From NCBI RefSeq assembly GCF_009914755.1, contig NC_060926.1: a stretch of DNA of 64,000 bases. One strand, 5' to 3'. Of the stretch, positions 38,801 to 53,263 are shown in pieces. The stretch comes from the human T2T-CHM13v2.0 reference genome, Homo sapiens. Positions within the stretch are counted from its first letter, which is position 1, and each line of letters starts with the position of its first letter. A program made the position numbers and the translations under genes. Below the pieces are notes generated by a model. It made no database searches and was not told where the DNA came from. It worked only from the letters and a program-made list of their open reading frames with translations.

Positions 38801-39225
38801 TTGTAAAGACCAAAATAAGTGGTGGATATGAACTATAAAAATAATTCATAGAGGAGGAGTTTGGATAATAATCTTGAAAGACACAATCCAAAACATCATT
38901 ATTCTGAATGCTGAAATTTCAAAATATCAAAACCCCCAAAATCTAAATTCCAGAGAGTCACAATCCCAAAAGATCAAAATCCCAAAAATATAATTCCAGT
39001 GAAAATAATTCAAAATTTTTAAGACATTTATTTACATTTTTAAGAGGGACATTTATTTCCATTTGAAAAACATATAAAAATCACAACAGAACACTTCATA
39101 CATTATTTTGCACAATAAAATAGGCAATAGAAACATACATACTTTGCAAGCGTAGACAATCAAGTATACTAACTCAGGTATACTAATGACAGTTGCACTG
39201 TTATATTGATAAAGAAATAGATGAG

Positions 39226-39935
39226 GGCCAAGCACCACTACTCATGCCTGTAATCCTAGCACTCTGAGGGGCCGAGCTGGGTAGATCACTTGAGTTCCAG
39301 GCCAGCCTGGGCAACATGGTCGGGGGTCTGTCCCACAGACCCTGGCCGACGGAGGAAATGAGTACTCAGACACAGAGATCAGTCATGAGAACCTGGAGCT
39401 GCTTGCTTGTATTCAGTGCAGGCACAATGCCTAAAACCTGGAGCCAACACAACCTGTAGGTAATTAACATTTATTGTTCCCCTTTCAGGGAAAGTCACAC
39501 ATGCAGATGATCAAAGATCAGTTCCTGGCCAACATAAGTAAACAAGCTTGTTTAAGATAAATTTCCCCATACTCCTTTGTACCTACTCCTTGCCCTCTAC
39601 CTCAAAGTTATAGAACAGCTTCCTTCAGCTATTCTCCCCCGAAGCTATGCAGAGCCTTCTGACCTTTCACAAGGTTTGCATCCTTTCCCTATAGTTTTTC
39701 CCACCACTCTGACTAATCCCCCACAACATGGCGAGATTCTGTCTCTACAAAAAATACACAAATTAGCTGGGTGCCATGGCATGCACATGCAATCCCATCT
39801 ACTTGGGAGGCTGAGGCAGGAGAATTGCTTGAGCCCAGGAGGTGGAAGTTGCAGTGAGCCAACATTGTGCCATTGCACTCCAGCTGGTGCAATGGGAGTG
39901 AAACCGTGTCTCAAAGAAAGAAAAGAAAAAAAAAG
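39226..39935 (+). mobile_element. Old Alu (AluJ-like), split by LTR22
   Basis: Left part 39226-39318, resuming at 39726 with 'acatggcgagattctgtctctac', then an A-tail. Degenerate TSD aagaaata(ga/ag)t.a. Confidence 0.88.
39319..39725 (-). mobile_element. LTR22 (HERV-K HML-5) solo LTR
   Basis: Ends 'tttttcccaccactctgactaatcccccaca' (reverse complement of LTR22 5') and 'cgggggtctgtccc'. TSD acatg(g). Confidence 0.82.
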
Positions 39936-40334
39936 AAATAAGTCAAAATGCAAAATGTTTAAATGCATATTGCCGTGCTGAAAAGTGTGTGCACCTAGCT
40001 TTATAACTGATGCCATTAATGAAGAAAAACCCCTCTTTCAATGACATCAGTCAAAAACTGCAATGGGTAACTACTGAATGTGCACTCACCCAAAGAGCCA
40101 AGATCTCAAAAAATTTTATCCTTCACAGATGCATATGTACGAAAAGAACATCTATTTATTGAGAAACTTTTAACATTTTATATACATGCACAATGCTTAC
40201 AACACAAAGTCAGTGTGTGATAATTCTTTTTTATGGAGTGAAATATGAAAACAAATGCATAAAATGAATTATAATTGATTAAAACTTTCATCCGATTTAT
40301 ACCTCTTGTATTGGAAATGATGTGAAGGTAAATA

Positions 40335-40542
40335 GCCAGACTTGGCAAGATGTTTCTACAGAAAATTTTTAAAAAATATCCAGGCATGGTGACACATACT
40401 TGTAGTCACAACTACTTATGAGGTAGAGGTGGGAGGATCCCTTGAGCCTGGGAAGTTGAGGCTTCAGTGGGCTATAATCCTACTACTGCTCTCAAGTCTG
40501 GGTGACAAAGAAAGATGCCGTCTCTAAAAAGGAAAAAAAAAA
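40335..40542 (+). mobile_element. 5'-truncated AluJ (mostly right monomer)
   Basis: 'gggaggatcccttgagcctgggaagttgaggcttcagtg' followed by an A-tail. Confidence 0.85.
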
Positions 40543-41496
40543 TACAGAGCATTGTATGTATGGTTCACCCTAGTGAGTTGATCCCTAATCCTAAGAAGGG
40601 CTAGTAAAGTGTGAATCAGTGCAACCCATATTCATGTTACTTGCATAGTGGCTCATTTGTGTCACTATTATAAAAAGAAGTACATATTCAAAAGCCATTT
40701 TCAGATGTTTTTATAGCTCAGATAATAGAAATGCTTAATATTACAGAATAACAGGTTGACTAACAACTCTTCTCTGTGCATATTATCTACCTAAGTTCTG
40801 AAGACCTGTTTTGTTCAAGAGTTTACAAACCTTCCAGAAACTCACAGATTCTTCCAGTGGAAGACTGACCCTCCTGGGAATGAGAAGAGAATAAGGGATT
40901 GAATATAATTTATATAACATTCTTATAATTAGCATGAAAAGAATTATTTTTCTATGGTTAAATAAGACTTATTTCAATAACTCTCAGTGTCTGCTACAGC
41001 AAATCTCAATAATTGCCTATCATTTGTCCTCCTTAACTAAATCTACAATTTTAAATTTTAAGAAAGGTGTGAGTTTCAGGGTGCTTGTTAAACAGAAGTT
41101 GAAGAGGTAATGTAGAAGCTGCTAATTGTTAACAAATACATTATTTATGAATGCTTTGCTTCTCTTAAGTTAACAATATGGTAGAATTAAATTTTAATTG
41201 GAAGTGGTCTTCATTTTGAGATTCAGTGGAGTTTCTAATATTATACTTTTAAAACAAGGAAATACAGAAACACCTATCCACGCAAATTTTTTAAAATTAA
41301 GAATACTCCTCATAATAGATCTTATTGTACTCACACAAAACAGCTGTATGTCTTAGTATACATATGTGTGCACATCTTGATTCCCAGAAAGTATGTGTTC
41401 AAAATTGTGTTAAACAAATTTCTTTGGGTACCATATGCCAGATTTTTAGAAAGTCAGTATCATTTTTAGATGAAGAACATACTCTCGGTATGCAAT

Positions 41497-43584
41497 CCAT
41501 GTAAAACGTGACTTGCTCTTCCTTGCATTCTGCCATGATTTTGAGGTTTCCCCAGCCACGTGGAACTGTAAGTCCATCAAACCTCTTTCTTTTGTAAACC
41601 GCCCAGTCTCAAGTATGTCTTTATCAGCAGCATGAAAACAGACTAATACAGTAAATTGGTACCAGGAGTGGGGTGTTTCCAAAAAGAAAACCAAAAATGT
41701 GGAAACAACTTTGGAACTGGGTAACAGGCAGGGGTTGGAACAGTTTGAAAGGCTCAAAAGAAGACAGAAAAATGTGGAAAAGTTTGAAACTTCCTAGAGA
41801 TTTGTTCAATGGCTTTGCCCAAAAAGCTGATAGTGATATGGACATTAAAGCACAGGCTGAGGTGGTGGTCTCTGATGGAGATGAGGAACTTGTTGGGAAC
41901 TGGAGCAAAGGTGACTCTTGTTAAGTTTTAGCAAAGAGACTGGTGGCATTTTGCCCCTGCCCTAGAGAGGTGTGAAAATTTCAACTTGAGAGAGATGATT
42001 TAAGGTATCTGCAAGAGAAATTTCTAAGCAGCAAAGCATTCAAGAGGTGACTTGGTTGCTGTTAAAGGCATTCAGTTTTATAAGGGAAGCAAAGCATAAA
42101 AGTTTGAAAAATTTGCAGCCTGACAGTGCAATAGAAAAGAAAATCCCATTTTCTGTGGAGAAATTTAAGCCCAGTGTAGAAATCTGCATAAGTAACAAGG
42201 AGCCAGATGTTAATCCCCAAGAAAATGGAGAAAATGTCTCCAGGGCATTTCAGAGGTCTTTGTGGCAGTCCCTCCCATTACAGGTCTGAAGGCCTAGGAG
42301 AAACAAATGGTTTCATGGGCTGGGCCCAGGTTCCCCATGGTGTGTGCAGCCTAGGGACTTGGTGCTCTGCATCCAAGCCACTCCAGCCATGACTAAAAGG
42401 GACCAAGGTGCAGTTCAGGCTGTGGCTTCAGAGGGTGCAAGCCCCAAGCCTTGGCAGGTTCCATGTGGTGTTTAGCTTGTGGATGCACAGAAGTCAAGAA
42501 TTAAGGTTTGGGAACCTCTGCCTAGATTTCAGAGGATATATGGAAACACATGGATGGCCAGGCAGAAGTTTGCTGCAGGTGCAGGGCTCTCAAGGAGAAT
42601 CTATGCCAGGACAGTGGAGAAGAGAAATGTGTGGTCACAGCCCCAACAACATAGTCCTTACTGGGGCACCACCTAGTGGAGCCATGAGAAGAGGGCCACT
42701 ACCCTCCAGACCCCAGAATGGCAGATCCACCGACACCTTACACTATGTGCCTGGAAAAACCACAGACACTCAACTCCATCCCATGAAAGCAACCTGGAAG
42801 GGTGCTGTACCCTGCAAAGCCACAGAGCAGAGCTGCCCAAGACCATGGGAACCCACCTCTTGCCTCAGCATGACCCAGATGTGAGACCTGCTGTCAAATG
42901 AGATCATTTTAGAGCTTTAAGATTTGACTACCCTGCTGGATTTTGGAATTGCATGGGGCCCTTTTGTTTAAGCCAATTTCTCCCATTTGGAAGAGCTGTA
43001 TTTACCCAATGCCTGTACCCTCATTTTATCTAGGAAGTAACTAACTTTCTTTGATTTTACAGGCTTATAGGTGGAAGGGACTTGGCTTGTCTCAGATGAG
43101 ACTTTGAACTGTGAACTTTTGAGTTAATGCGGAAATGAGTTAAGACTTTGAGGGACTGTTGGGATGGCATGATTGGTTTTGAAATGTGAGGACATGATAT
43201 TTGTGAGAGGCCAGAGGCAGAATGATATTGTTTGTGTCCCCACCCAAATCTCGTCTTGAATTGTAACTCGTACAATTCCCCCATGCCATGGGAGGAACCC
43301 GGTGGGAGGTGATTGAATTATGGGGGCTGGTCTTTCCTGTGCTGTTCTCATGATAGTAAATGAGTCTCACGAGATCTGACGGTTTTAAAAACAGAAGTTT
43401 TCTGGCACATGCGCTTTCTTCTCTATTGCCATCCAGCAGACCTCACTTGCTCCTCCTTGCCTTCCACCATGAATCTGTGGCTTCCTCAGCCACATGGAAC
43501 TGTAAGTTCATTCAGTTTCTTTCTGTTGTAAACTGCCCAGGCTCAGGTATGTCTTTATCATCAGTGTGAAAAAGGACCCATACA
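41497..43584 (+). mobile_element. THE1B-like MaLR element: truncated 5' LTR (41497-41650), internal (41651-43222), 3' LTR (43223-43584)
   Basis: 'gactaataca|gtaaattggtacc' LTR/PBS junction, THE1-int remnant KMWESLELPRDL-like peptide, PPT 'ggccagaggcagaa|tgatat'. Confidence 0.95.
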
Positions 43585-44399
43585 GACATATATAATTGAA
43601 ATCCAGCCATTCCTTCAATCTAGTTCCTTATATCTTTACATACATATATATATATGTATATATAAAATCTAGAGTCATGTTTATTTTAAGATTGTGAGAT
43701 ACTTTTGTTTCTGTATTTTATACTGCTCTGTACTGTTTAAAATATTCTTACAGGTATGTATCATTTTTACACAGTGAGTAAGTTATTTTGTTTTAAAAAA
43801 GTATGTGTGTGTGCATGTGTGTGTGTATAGTAGGGGTGTTAATAGTCCCATGCCTCTTTTTTCAGGGTCAAATTTGTTTTCTCCTGAAAATCCTCTAAAT
43901 TGAGGACTAAAGACGTGACTCCTGAACAATCTGATAAAAACTGGCCCCTGTACCAGTGCTTCTTTTTCCTCTTTGCAATATGGAGGTGTCACCATATATA
44001 TTCTCTATATTCTAGCCTCAAGCCTCCAGTAAGCACTGTGCACTTCTTTTGATAGCATAGGGATATGCTAATCTATCTACATCTAGATATCTTTGACCAT
44101 AATATAGATATATTCTAATGTGCAACAATATAGTAGAATATGCCATGATTTATGGTTCAATGAGTATACATCAGATTACCTTTTTCAATAATTGTTGTGT
44201 CAGAAACTGAGTTGGGTCTATTATCACTGCACTGAATCCCATCCCAGTATAGCAATTTCTGTCTTATGTTCAATTAGAAGGTTTGACAATGTGCTTGTGA
44301 ACCTTTTTTTAAGCTTGTGAATAGAGAAATAAATCTTTAAAGTAATGAAAGCCTTAAAAAATATCGAAAGATAAAAGTCAGTATAGGCCATTATGGATT

Positions 44400-45050
44400 C
44401 TCATCTGGGATATTGTCTGCATATTAACTAAGCTGTATACCAAAGTTGTTGTGTGTTCATTCCTTTTTATTGCTTAGAATTACTCTATTGTATGTATTTA
44501 CCACAACTATTTTACTCACTTACCTGTTGATGGGCATTTGTGTTAATTCCAGTTTTGTGAGATATTAAAAATAATACTGCTATATGCATTCATTGTTCAA
44601 AAAATTGCCTGTATATATGTTTTCATTTCTCACAAGTAAATACTATAGAGTGGCTGATTGATATGATAGTCGTATTTGAGCCTTTTAAGAAACTGCCAAT
44701 GGACTACTACTCCAAAATAATAAGAAATGGGCCACTGACACATGCAATAACAAGGATGAATATAAACACACAGACACCCAAGAGAATATATTGTATTCTC
44801 TCATTTACATGAATCTCTACCAAATACAGATCTGATCCTTGTTAGATAAAGCAGATATTTGGTTGCCTGGGATAGTGGTATGTGAAGATGGACTAAAAGA
44901 AACTGAATGTAACTTTTTGGGAAATAGTAATGTTTTAGTTTTTGGTTATGGTAATGGTTATACAGATGTATTTATTTATAAAGAAAACAGTGAATTATAC
45001 ACATACATTTTGCATTATACAACTTCTATCTCAAGGGTAGTAAAATTTAA
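44400..45050. mobile_element. Old L1 (L1MD/ME) 3' fragments, antisense then sense
   Basis: Antisense up to 'ttttaagaaactgcc' (~44698), then sense 'aatggactactactc...catgcaataacaaggatgaa'. Confidence 0.6.
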
Positions 45051-45060
45051 AAACATAGCG

Positions 45061-45369
45061 TTTTTTTGTTTGTTTGTTTTTTGTTTTTGAGACGGAGTCT
45101 CCCTCTGTTGCCCAGGCTGGAGGGCGGTGGCGCAATCTTGGCTCACTGCAAGCTCCGCCTGCCGGGTTCACGCCATTCTCCTGCCTCAGACTCCCCAGTG
45201 GCTTTGACTACAGGCGCCCGCCACCACGCCTGGCTAATTTTTTGTATTTTTAGTAGAGACGGGGTTTCACCATGTTAATCAGGATGGTCTCTATCTCCTG
45301 GCCTCATGATTCACTCGCCTCGGCCTCCCAAAGTACTGGGATTACAGGCGTGAGTCTCAGCACCAGGCC
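45061..45369 (-). mobile_element. AluY
   Basis: 'ctgcaagctccgcc..gggttcacgccattctcc'. Degenerate TSD aaaaaca..gc. Confidence 0.95.
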
Positions 45370-46334
45370 AAAAACACTGCTTTTAATCTTGGCTATTGTA
45401 TACTTCACTTTAAAACTTGGAACTATTTCAGTGTGCTTTATCTCAATGAAATCTAATTCTAATCACCTAAATAGACTGGGTAATATTTTAAACCTTATAC
45501 AGTAAAAGTATTAATAAAAGTTGCTGTGTTAAATATGTTCATAAAAATAAAGTAGCTAGAACAGAAACTGGTACATAGGTTTTATATTTCATGCTATTAT
45601 GCATATTGCACAAAAATATTACCACTTCCAAATAAGATCCTTTTCTTCTCAATTAGTGCTTAACCCATATCAGTGACTCTCATGTAGTGAATTTAAGATA
45701 CAGTATAATATAAACATCTGAGGAAATAGTTTCACAACTTTAAAGAAATATTTTATATTTGACTCATAAGCATTGGTCGAGATGTGTTATCCGGACAGCA
45801 TTCGATAAGAATAGGACTTAAGTGCACAAACACAATATGCCTACTAAGAAATGTAATTTTTTTTTGGTTTTTAATTTTAATGCATCTAGTCCTTGGTGCC
45901 CAAATTATATAGAAATAAGTTATTAGCAGATACCTTATAAATTTCATGAATTATCATCTGAAATATCAAAGTAATTCTATTAAAAGATGTTGCAAGAAGA
46001 ACACACATAAATTTGGGTAAAATGCATTTTTCCATGGTCTGTGTACAAACATAAAATGTTAGTGGTGGTTATAATCATTATGTGGCATGATTTCAGACTA
46101 TATTTAAACACATATTTTTGTTTCATTGTCATCTAGACAATTATTTGCAGTTTCCTTGTTGTTCAGTTAAATGAGTTTTCACTTTACTGAACCACAATAT
46201 TTTAAATTAGTTTGTCTCACAAAGAAGCTAATTATTTTTACCGACTCATTCACCTTTCTTCACCTCTCGTGTGAACTTCAGTGGCATTGTTATTGTTTCC
46301 AAATTCATACTCAACATATTTGTGACTTGGGAAA

Positions 46335-46540
46335 GTCAAGAGCTTTAGAGACATAGAGGTGTGAATTTAGGTCTCAGGTCTGTAGATAGTATTTTGACTA
46401 TGGCCACTTTTCATGAGCTCTTTAGCACTCGATTTCTTCATTTGCATGATGCAGATAATGTAACTACTTTGCAGAATGATTTTGCAGAATAAGGGAGATA
46501 ATACAGGTAAGATACAAGCAGATTGCCTGAGATAGCCAGT
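46335..46540 (+). mobile_element. MIR
   Basis: 'tttcttcatttgcatgatgcagataat..actttgcaga..gagataatacaggtaa'. Confidence 0.55.
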
Positions 46541-47111
46541 TCCAGTTGTCACCACTACCATGACCATTATTGCTTTAACGCTAGAAGGGATAAGTATATA
46601 TTGGATTATAATCAGGTATGTGAGTGTGTAAAAATGCATATATGTGTGTGATAGCAATATGGAAGTCGCCAAAAAGAAACAGTTTGATTTTCAAAAGAAA
46701 GGACTGGGAATCTTTTAGTGTGTTCTTTCATTTTCTTTCTTTCTTTTTTTTCTTCCGTTGTTTTCTTTTTTTGAATGGGAAGGAGAGGAAATGTCAACTG
46801 GAAATAAAATTGGAGTTTTCACCAGAGCATGAGGTAGCCATTTTCTAGGGCAATGAAACTATTGGAGAAAAAAAAGTTTTGAGGTTATTCAATTTCATGT
46901 TTTGCCTAAGGATAAATTTGACTTAGTACTTTAAAGATTCATCCTCTGTGTATTCTTGCAGTTATATATTAAATAAATGTATCTAAAGTAACATTCATTA
47001 AAGAAAAACTCTTAAGATTTCAGAAACAGCAAATAGGAAATAAAAATAAATGTTATATAAACTGAGTTTAATAACCGAAAAACTTTTGACAAATTGTAGG
47101 GTGTTAGTTCC

Positions 47112-47491
47112 TGTACTAGTCTGTTTGGGCTGCTATAATAAATTACCATAGACAGTGTGGCTTATAAATAACATAAATAATGTCTCAAAATTCTGAAGAT
47201 TGGAAGTCTGAAATCAGGGTGCCAGCATAGTTAAGTTCTGGTTAAGGCCTTCTTCCAGGTTCCAGACAGCAAATTTTTTATTGTATCTTCACATGACTGA
47301 GAACACTGAGAGAACGAAAGTTCTCTCGAGACTCTTAGAAGGGAACTACTTTTATTCATGACAGCTCCACCTTCCTGACCTCATCTAATCCTAATTATCT
47401 CCCAAAAGCTCCACCTCCTAATGCCATCACATTGAGGGGCAGGATTTCAGTATGTGAATTTTGGGGTGGGGGACGAAAACATTCAATCCAT
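47112..47491 (-). mobile_element. MLT1A/MSTD-type MaLR LTR
   Basis: 'tgtactagtctgtttgggctgctataataaattaccatagac' to 'aaacattcaatccat'. Confidence 0.85.
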
Positions 47492-47734
47492 GGGTTCTTA
47501 TATCTACAGTATACTACCTAAAGATATGCAGGTTCTCCAATAAAATATCCAGCAATATAAACCTTGGATCTGGTACATAAATTATAATGCTAAATAAACA
47601 TTGCTCTTTAGTAAAATAAAAAGATAAACGCAATTACAACAAATAATTTACCCAACCTGTTTAGATAGCACCATCTTTTATAAAGTCTTTGAAATTTGAG
47701 TTTGATTATTTTTAATAGGTAATGTAAGTATTTT

Positions 47735-49329
47735 CCATGGCAGTACTAGGCTGTTTGGAGTGGCTGCTGCAAAGACACTGGGTGCAGCAGGGGAGGTGTG
47801 ACTGAGGCTGCATGCTCTGTGGAGCCAGTGGGGCCGAGAGCAGGCAGGAGTATCATCTGAAGTAATACAAGCAGATTGTATTATCATCTGAAGTAACTCC
47901 CCTGCCAAGTTAGTGGAGTGGGAGCCCTGTGCTCCCAGGTGCAGCTGTAGCTGCCCAGCTGCCGCTGCAGACCTGCTCATACCTGCAATCTCGGGGGCTA
48001 GGAAGTACCCCCTGCCCCAACAGGGTCAGAAGTGTCTGCTCCCACTCCCTCTCCTCTCCCTGCTCCTGCCACCCGCTCCAGTACAGAGCAAAGCTGTAGC
48101 CGAGCCCAGGCACTCGCGCGACCTGGCTGGGTGTGAGTGCGCTTAGGGCAGCACTGACATGGCAGCCCCCTGCTGCCTCAGCCTCTTGAAGACTTTGCGC
48201 ACCAATGAGCACAGGAAGGAGGCCGGGGGGTGGGGGGTGGCATTGAGGGTGTTTTGGGATGGGTCTGCAGGTGCCCCTTGGCATGAATAGCCCGGGCAGC
48301 ATGGATGGCACGTTGATGGCTGCAGGAGGTAGACAGGCTCCTGGTTGGAAATGGGTGGGTCCCCAATGAAGCCCCACCTTCAAGCCAGGGGATGGCCTGA
48401 AGCTTGCCAGTTCCAGGTGGAGTCTGCGGCCCAGAGTGAGAACTTATGTTGCTTTTCCTGGACCCACCCATGGCCACCCATGGACCCATCAGCATGCACT
48501 TCCTCCCCTCTGAAGCCCATAAAAACCCCAGAGTCAACCAGACTCACAAATATGTTGGGACTACCAGCTGCAGGAAGAATCTACCCACTTCGGATCTCCT
48601 CAACTTGTCAGGTTCACCTGCCTGTGGAAAGGAGCTACCGACTTTGGGTCTCCTGAGAACTGTTCTGTTGCTCAATAAAGCTCCTCTCCACCTTGCTCAA
48701 ACTTCAGTTGTCCGTGTACCTTATTCATCCTGGACGTAGGACAAGAACTTGGGACCCATGGAATAGTGGGATGGAAAGAGCTGTAATACAAACTGAGCTG
48801 AAACACGTCCCTCCTCCTGCCCACCATGTTGCTGGAAATGAGAAAGAGAAAAGAGCTGTGTCCCTTTGAGAAGCCCAGACCTGGGGGGTCCCTGAGCCAG
48901 GGCTGTGACACCCTCTTTGGGGCTCTGCAGTTTCTGGTGTTTCCAAGCTTCTGAGACACACCTTGTTTCCCTTACCCAGACACAGGTGCCCACAGCAGGA
49001 GCTGCTTGCAGTGCATCTGATCCAGCAGTAGGCTTGCACAGAGCTGGCACCTGTGCCAGTGCCTGGAGCTGCCTGCCCTGCCACAGAAGCCGGTGTGCTT
49101 AGCAGTGCCCAGTGGCTGGACCCTGTGCTCACTTGTTCTTGCAGCCCTCACCACTCCATACTGGGCTTGGCCTTGGCAGGCATGGGATCTGGGCTGGTAG
49201 CACAAGCCGAGCACAGCCTGGCCAAAGTGGGCAGAATGAGCCCAGTGGGCCCAAGCAAACTTGTGCAAAAGTGCCACTGGCCACAGAGGTTTCCAGCTGG
49301 AAGAGCAACACCCCAAGAATCTCATGACA
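47735..49329 (+). mobile_element. MER52 ERV1 solo LTR (~1.6 kb, GC-rich)
   Basis: Start 'atggcag..gctgtttggagtggctgctgc', internal 'cccataaaaacccc' and 'ctcaataaagctcctc', end 'caccccaagaatctcatgaca'. tttt on both flanks. Confidence 0.88.
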
Positions 49330-49635
49330 TTTTGAACCTGGTTAAAATAAATGTGAAATTACTGAATTACTGTGTTTTTAGTATTCTGGCGTACTTAATT
49401 TGGGATTGTGGGGTTAATGAGATGTCTCAGTGATTTTCTCCCCATATTGCCGATGCTTCGCACAGTTATGCAGTGAAATATTAAATCACCAACCCTGGTC
49501 ATGCATCTTACAAATACTTGTTATTAGTGATAATTGTTACAATATAAATAGTGTTATTTACCCATCCCAATATCTATGGAAGAAAGCAATGATCATTCAT
49601 TCACAACAAATGTGTCTTAGATTTTATGTGAATAG

Positions 49636-49987
<352 letters not shown>

Positions 49988-51617
49988 CATATGTATATTT
50001 CTTACAATACATTTGTAGCATGTATTAATGCCCGATATTTCACATCAGAAAACTAAAGATCCATGTAAACATAATTTGTTCAATGCCTTTATTTAATGGA
50101 AACTGGCAAAAAAGAAAAACAAATGGAAAATATTTATATGGTAAAGACATTTAAAAATACAACTAATGCACAATGTTTCCAGTGATAACTAATTTGTCTA
50201 TTTCAAGATGTTTCTGTAGCTTTGTTTCCTAGGACATGTAGTTAAATGCCAAAAGACACTTGTAACACTTGTTCAGATTAACTTTTTCTGTTTTGTCTGT
50301 TTTGATTATCTTTGAATAGAAAACATCTGAAAAATAATTATAAAGTCTTATAACTACACAACTTCAAAAGCAGAATTCTACTCCAGGTTTATTTAATAAC
50401 AGTATATATGCTTTTTACATTAATTGTAAAGATATGGTATCCATCCTGCCATGTACTTTGTTGTAACAAAACCTATACTACAGTAATAATTATAACAAAA
50501 TATGGGCACTAAGAAATAGTGATAGAAAATTATCTATAGAAAAAATATATGTATATAAAGAATATGACATTTCAGCATACAAGCCAGATTATTTCTATTT
50601 TCAAGAGATTTGTGGAAATCTTTACAAAATGGTAAAGGAGCTGATGGGTAAACTGGCCTCTGATGAATAAGTATGAAGTGAGCATCTGGAAGATAAGAAG
50701 ACAGCTTTCTCAAAGGAGAAAACACATGAACAAATCCTGGTGTAACCTGTGACTGCAGGTCAGAGAAAACACCGAGGCATTTAGCTATCAGACATTAGAA
50801 AATGATTTAGGAATATTTTAAGCATCTTTAAGATGTTTCTGTAAAATGTATATCATCAATGTCATCTATCCAGAACAGAAGTTAAGTCATGATGCAGAAA
50901 ATGAGGACTATGGAAGACAGATTTTTGAAATAGTTTGTGGGAAGAGTTTGCTCTTCTCTCAGGGTCTAGAAATTAACAGACTTGACCTCAGGATTTCCTA
51001 CAGTTTTTCAGTAATGGAGACAGAGCCTCCCTAGAAGGTAGTTTAGGCAGGTGGGACACAGTGAGCAGCCCTTTCATGTAGCCTGAATTTGCAGTAAAAT
51101 CTTCTTAAAAATAACAGTCCTATCGCAGTTTTTCTGAGGATGATTAGAAACTGCCTTGCCTGTGCTTGAGGTGAAATTCATAGACAGCAGTCCTTTCTCT
51201 CCTCATGGCACAGTTGAAGTGGTGGCAGCAGTGGCTAAGCAAGGATTGTAGCATGCAGCACATCATCCACCTCACAATGCTCATTATCAGCAGCAGCAGG
51301 GAGCATAAGAGGGCAAGTCAACTAGGCAAAGCAATGCATATCTGCACAACCATTTTCCAAGATTGTGTTTCAGAGACAATGAGTGTGGAGCTTAATTTTC
51401 CATCAATAGAGGTATTGGAGCCTCATGTCATCCATATTTGAGTTAGACAAAGAGCTAAATATTTGAAACTATATTCAGGCACAGCTGAGAACTTGGTTGT
51501 TTTTTTTTTTCCAGATACACTAGATGCAGTCTTCTCACCTCACTTGTCACCGTCAAATACATCATTTCCCCTTTTTCTGATTAATTAATTTTAAAAACAC
51601 TTAAAATACACCTTTAG

Positions 51618-52987
<1,370 letters not shown>

Positions 52988-53057
52988 AAAATACACCTTT
53001 AGAAAATGTCTATAAAGATTTCATATTACAAAACTTCCCAGAGTATTCATGACACTA

Positions 53058-53263
<206 letters not shown>

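Larger units (their letters stand above)
38856..40330. mobile_element. Ricksha (MULE/MuDR-type) DNA transposon fragment, interrupted by an Alu
   Basis: 'gagtttggataataatcttgaaagacacaatcc' plus repeated 'aaaatccc' subterminal motifs match the Ricksha TIR. Confidence 0.8.

Noticed and set aside
41446-43569. Cluster of overlapping ORFs up to 158 aa
   Set aside because: Fragmented THE1 internal and LTR translations with many stops and frameshifts.
47851-47896. Repeat-spacer-repeat resembling CRISPR
   Set aside because: Only two 15-bp repeats in eukaryotic DNA, with no cas genes.
47678-49433. GC-rich island with many ORFs, resembling a promoter or gene
   Set aside because: It coincides with the MER52 LTR, is CpG-depleted, and the ORFs reflect GC content.
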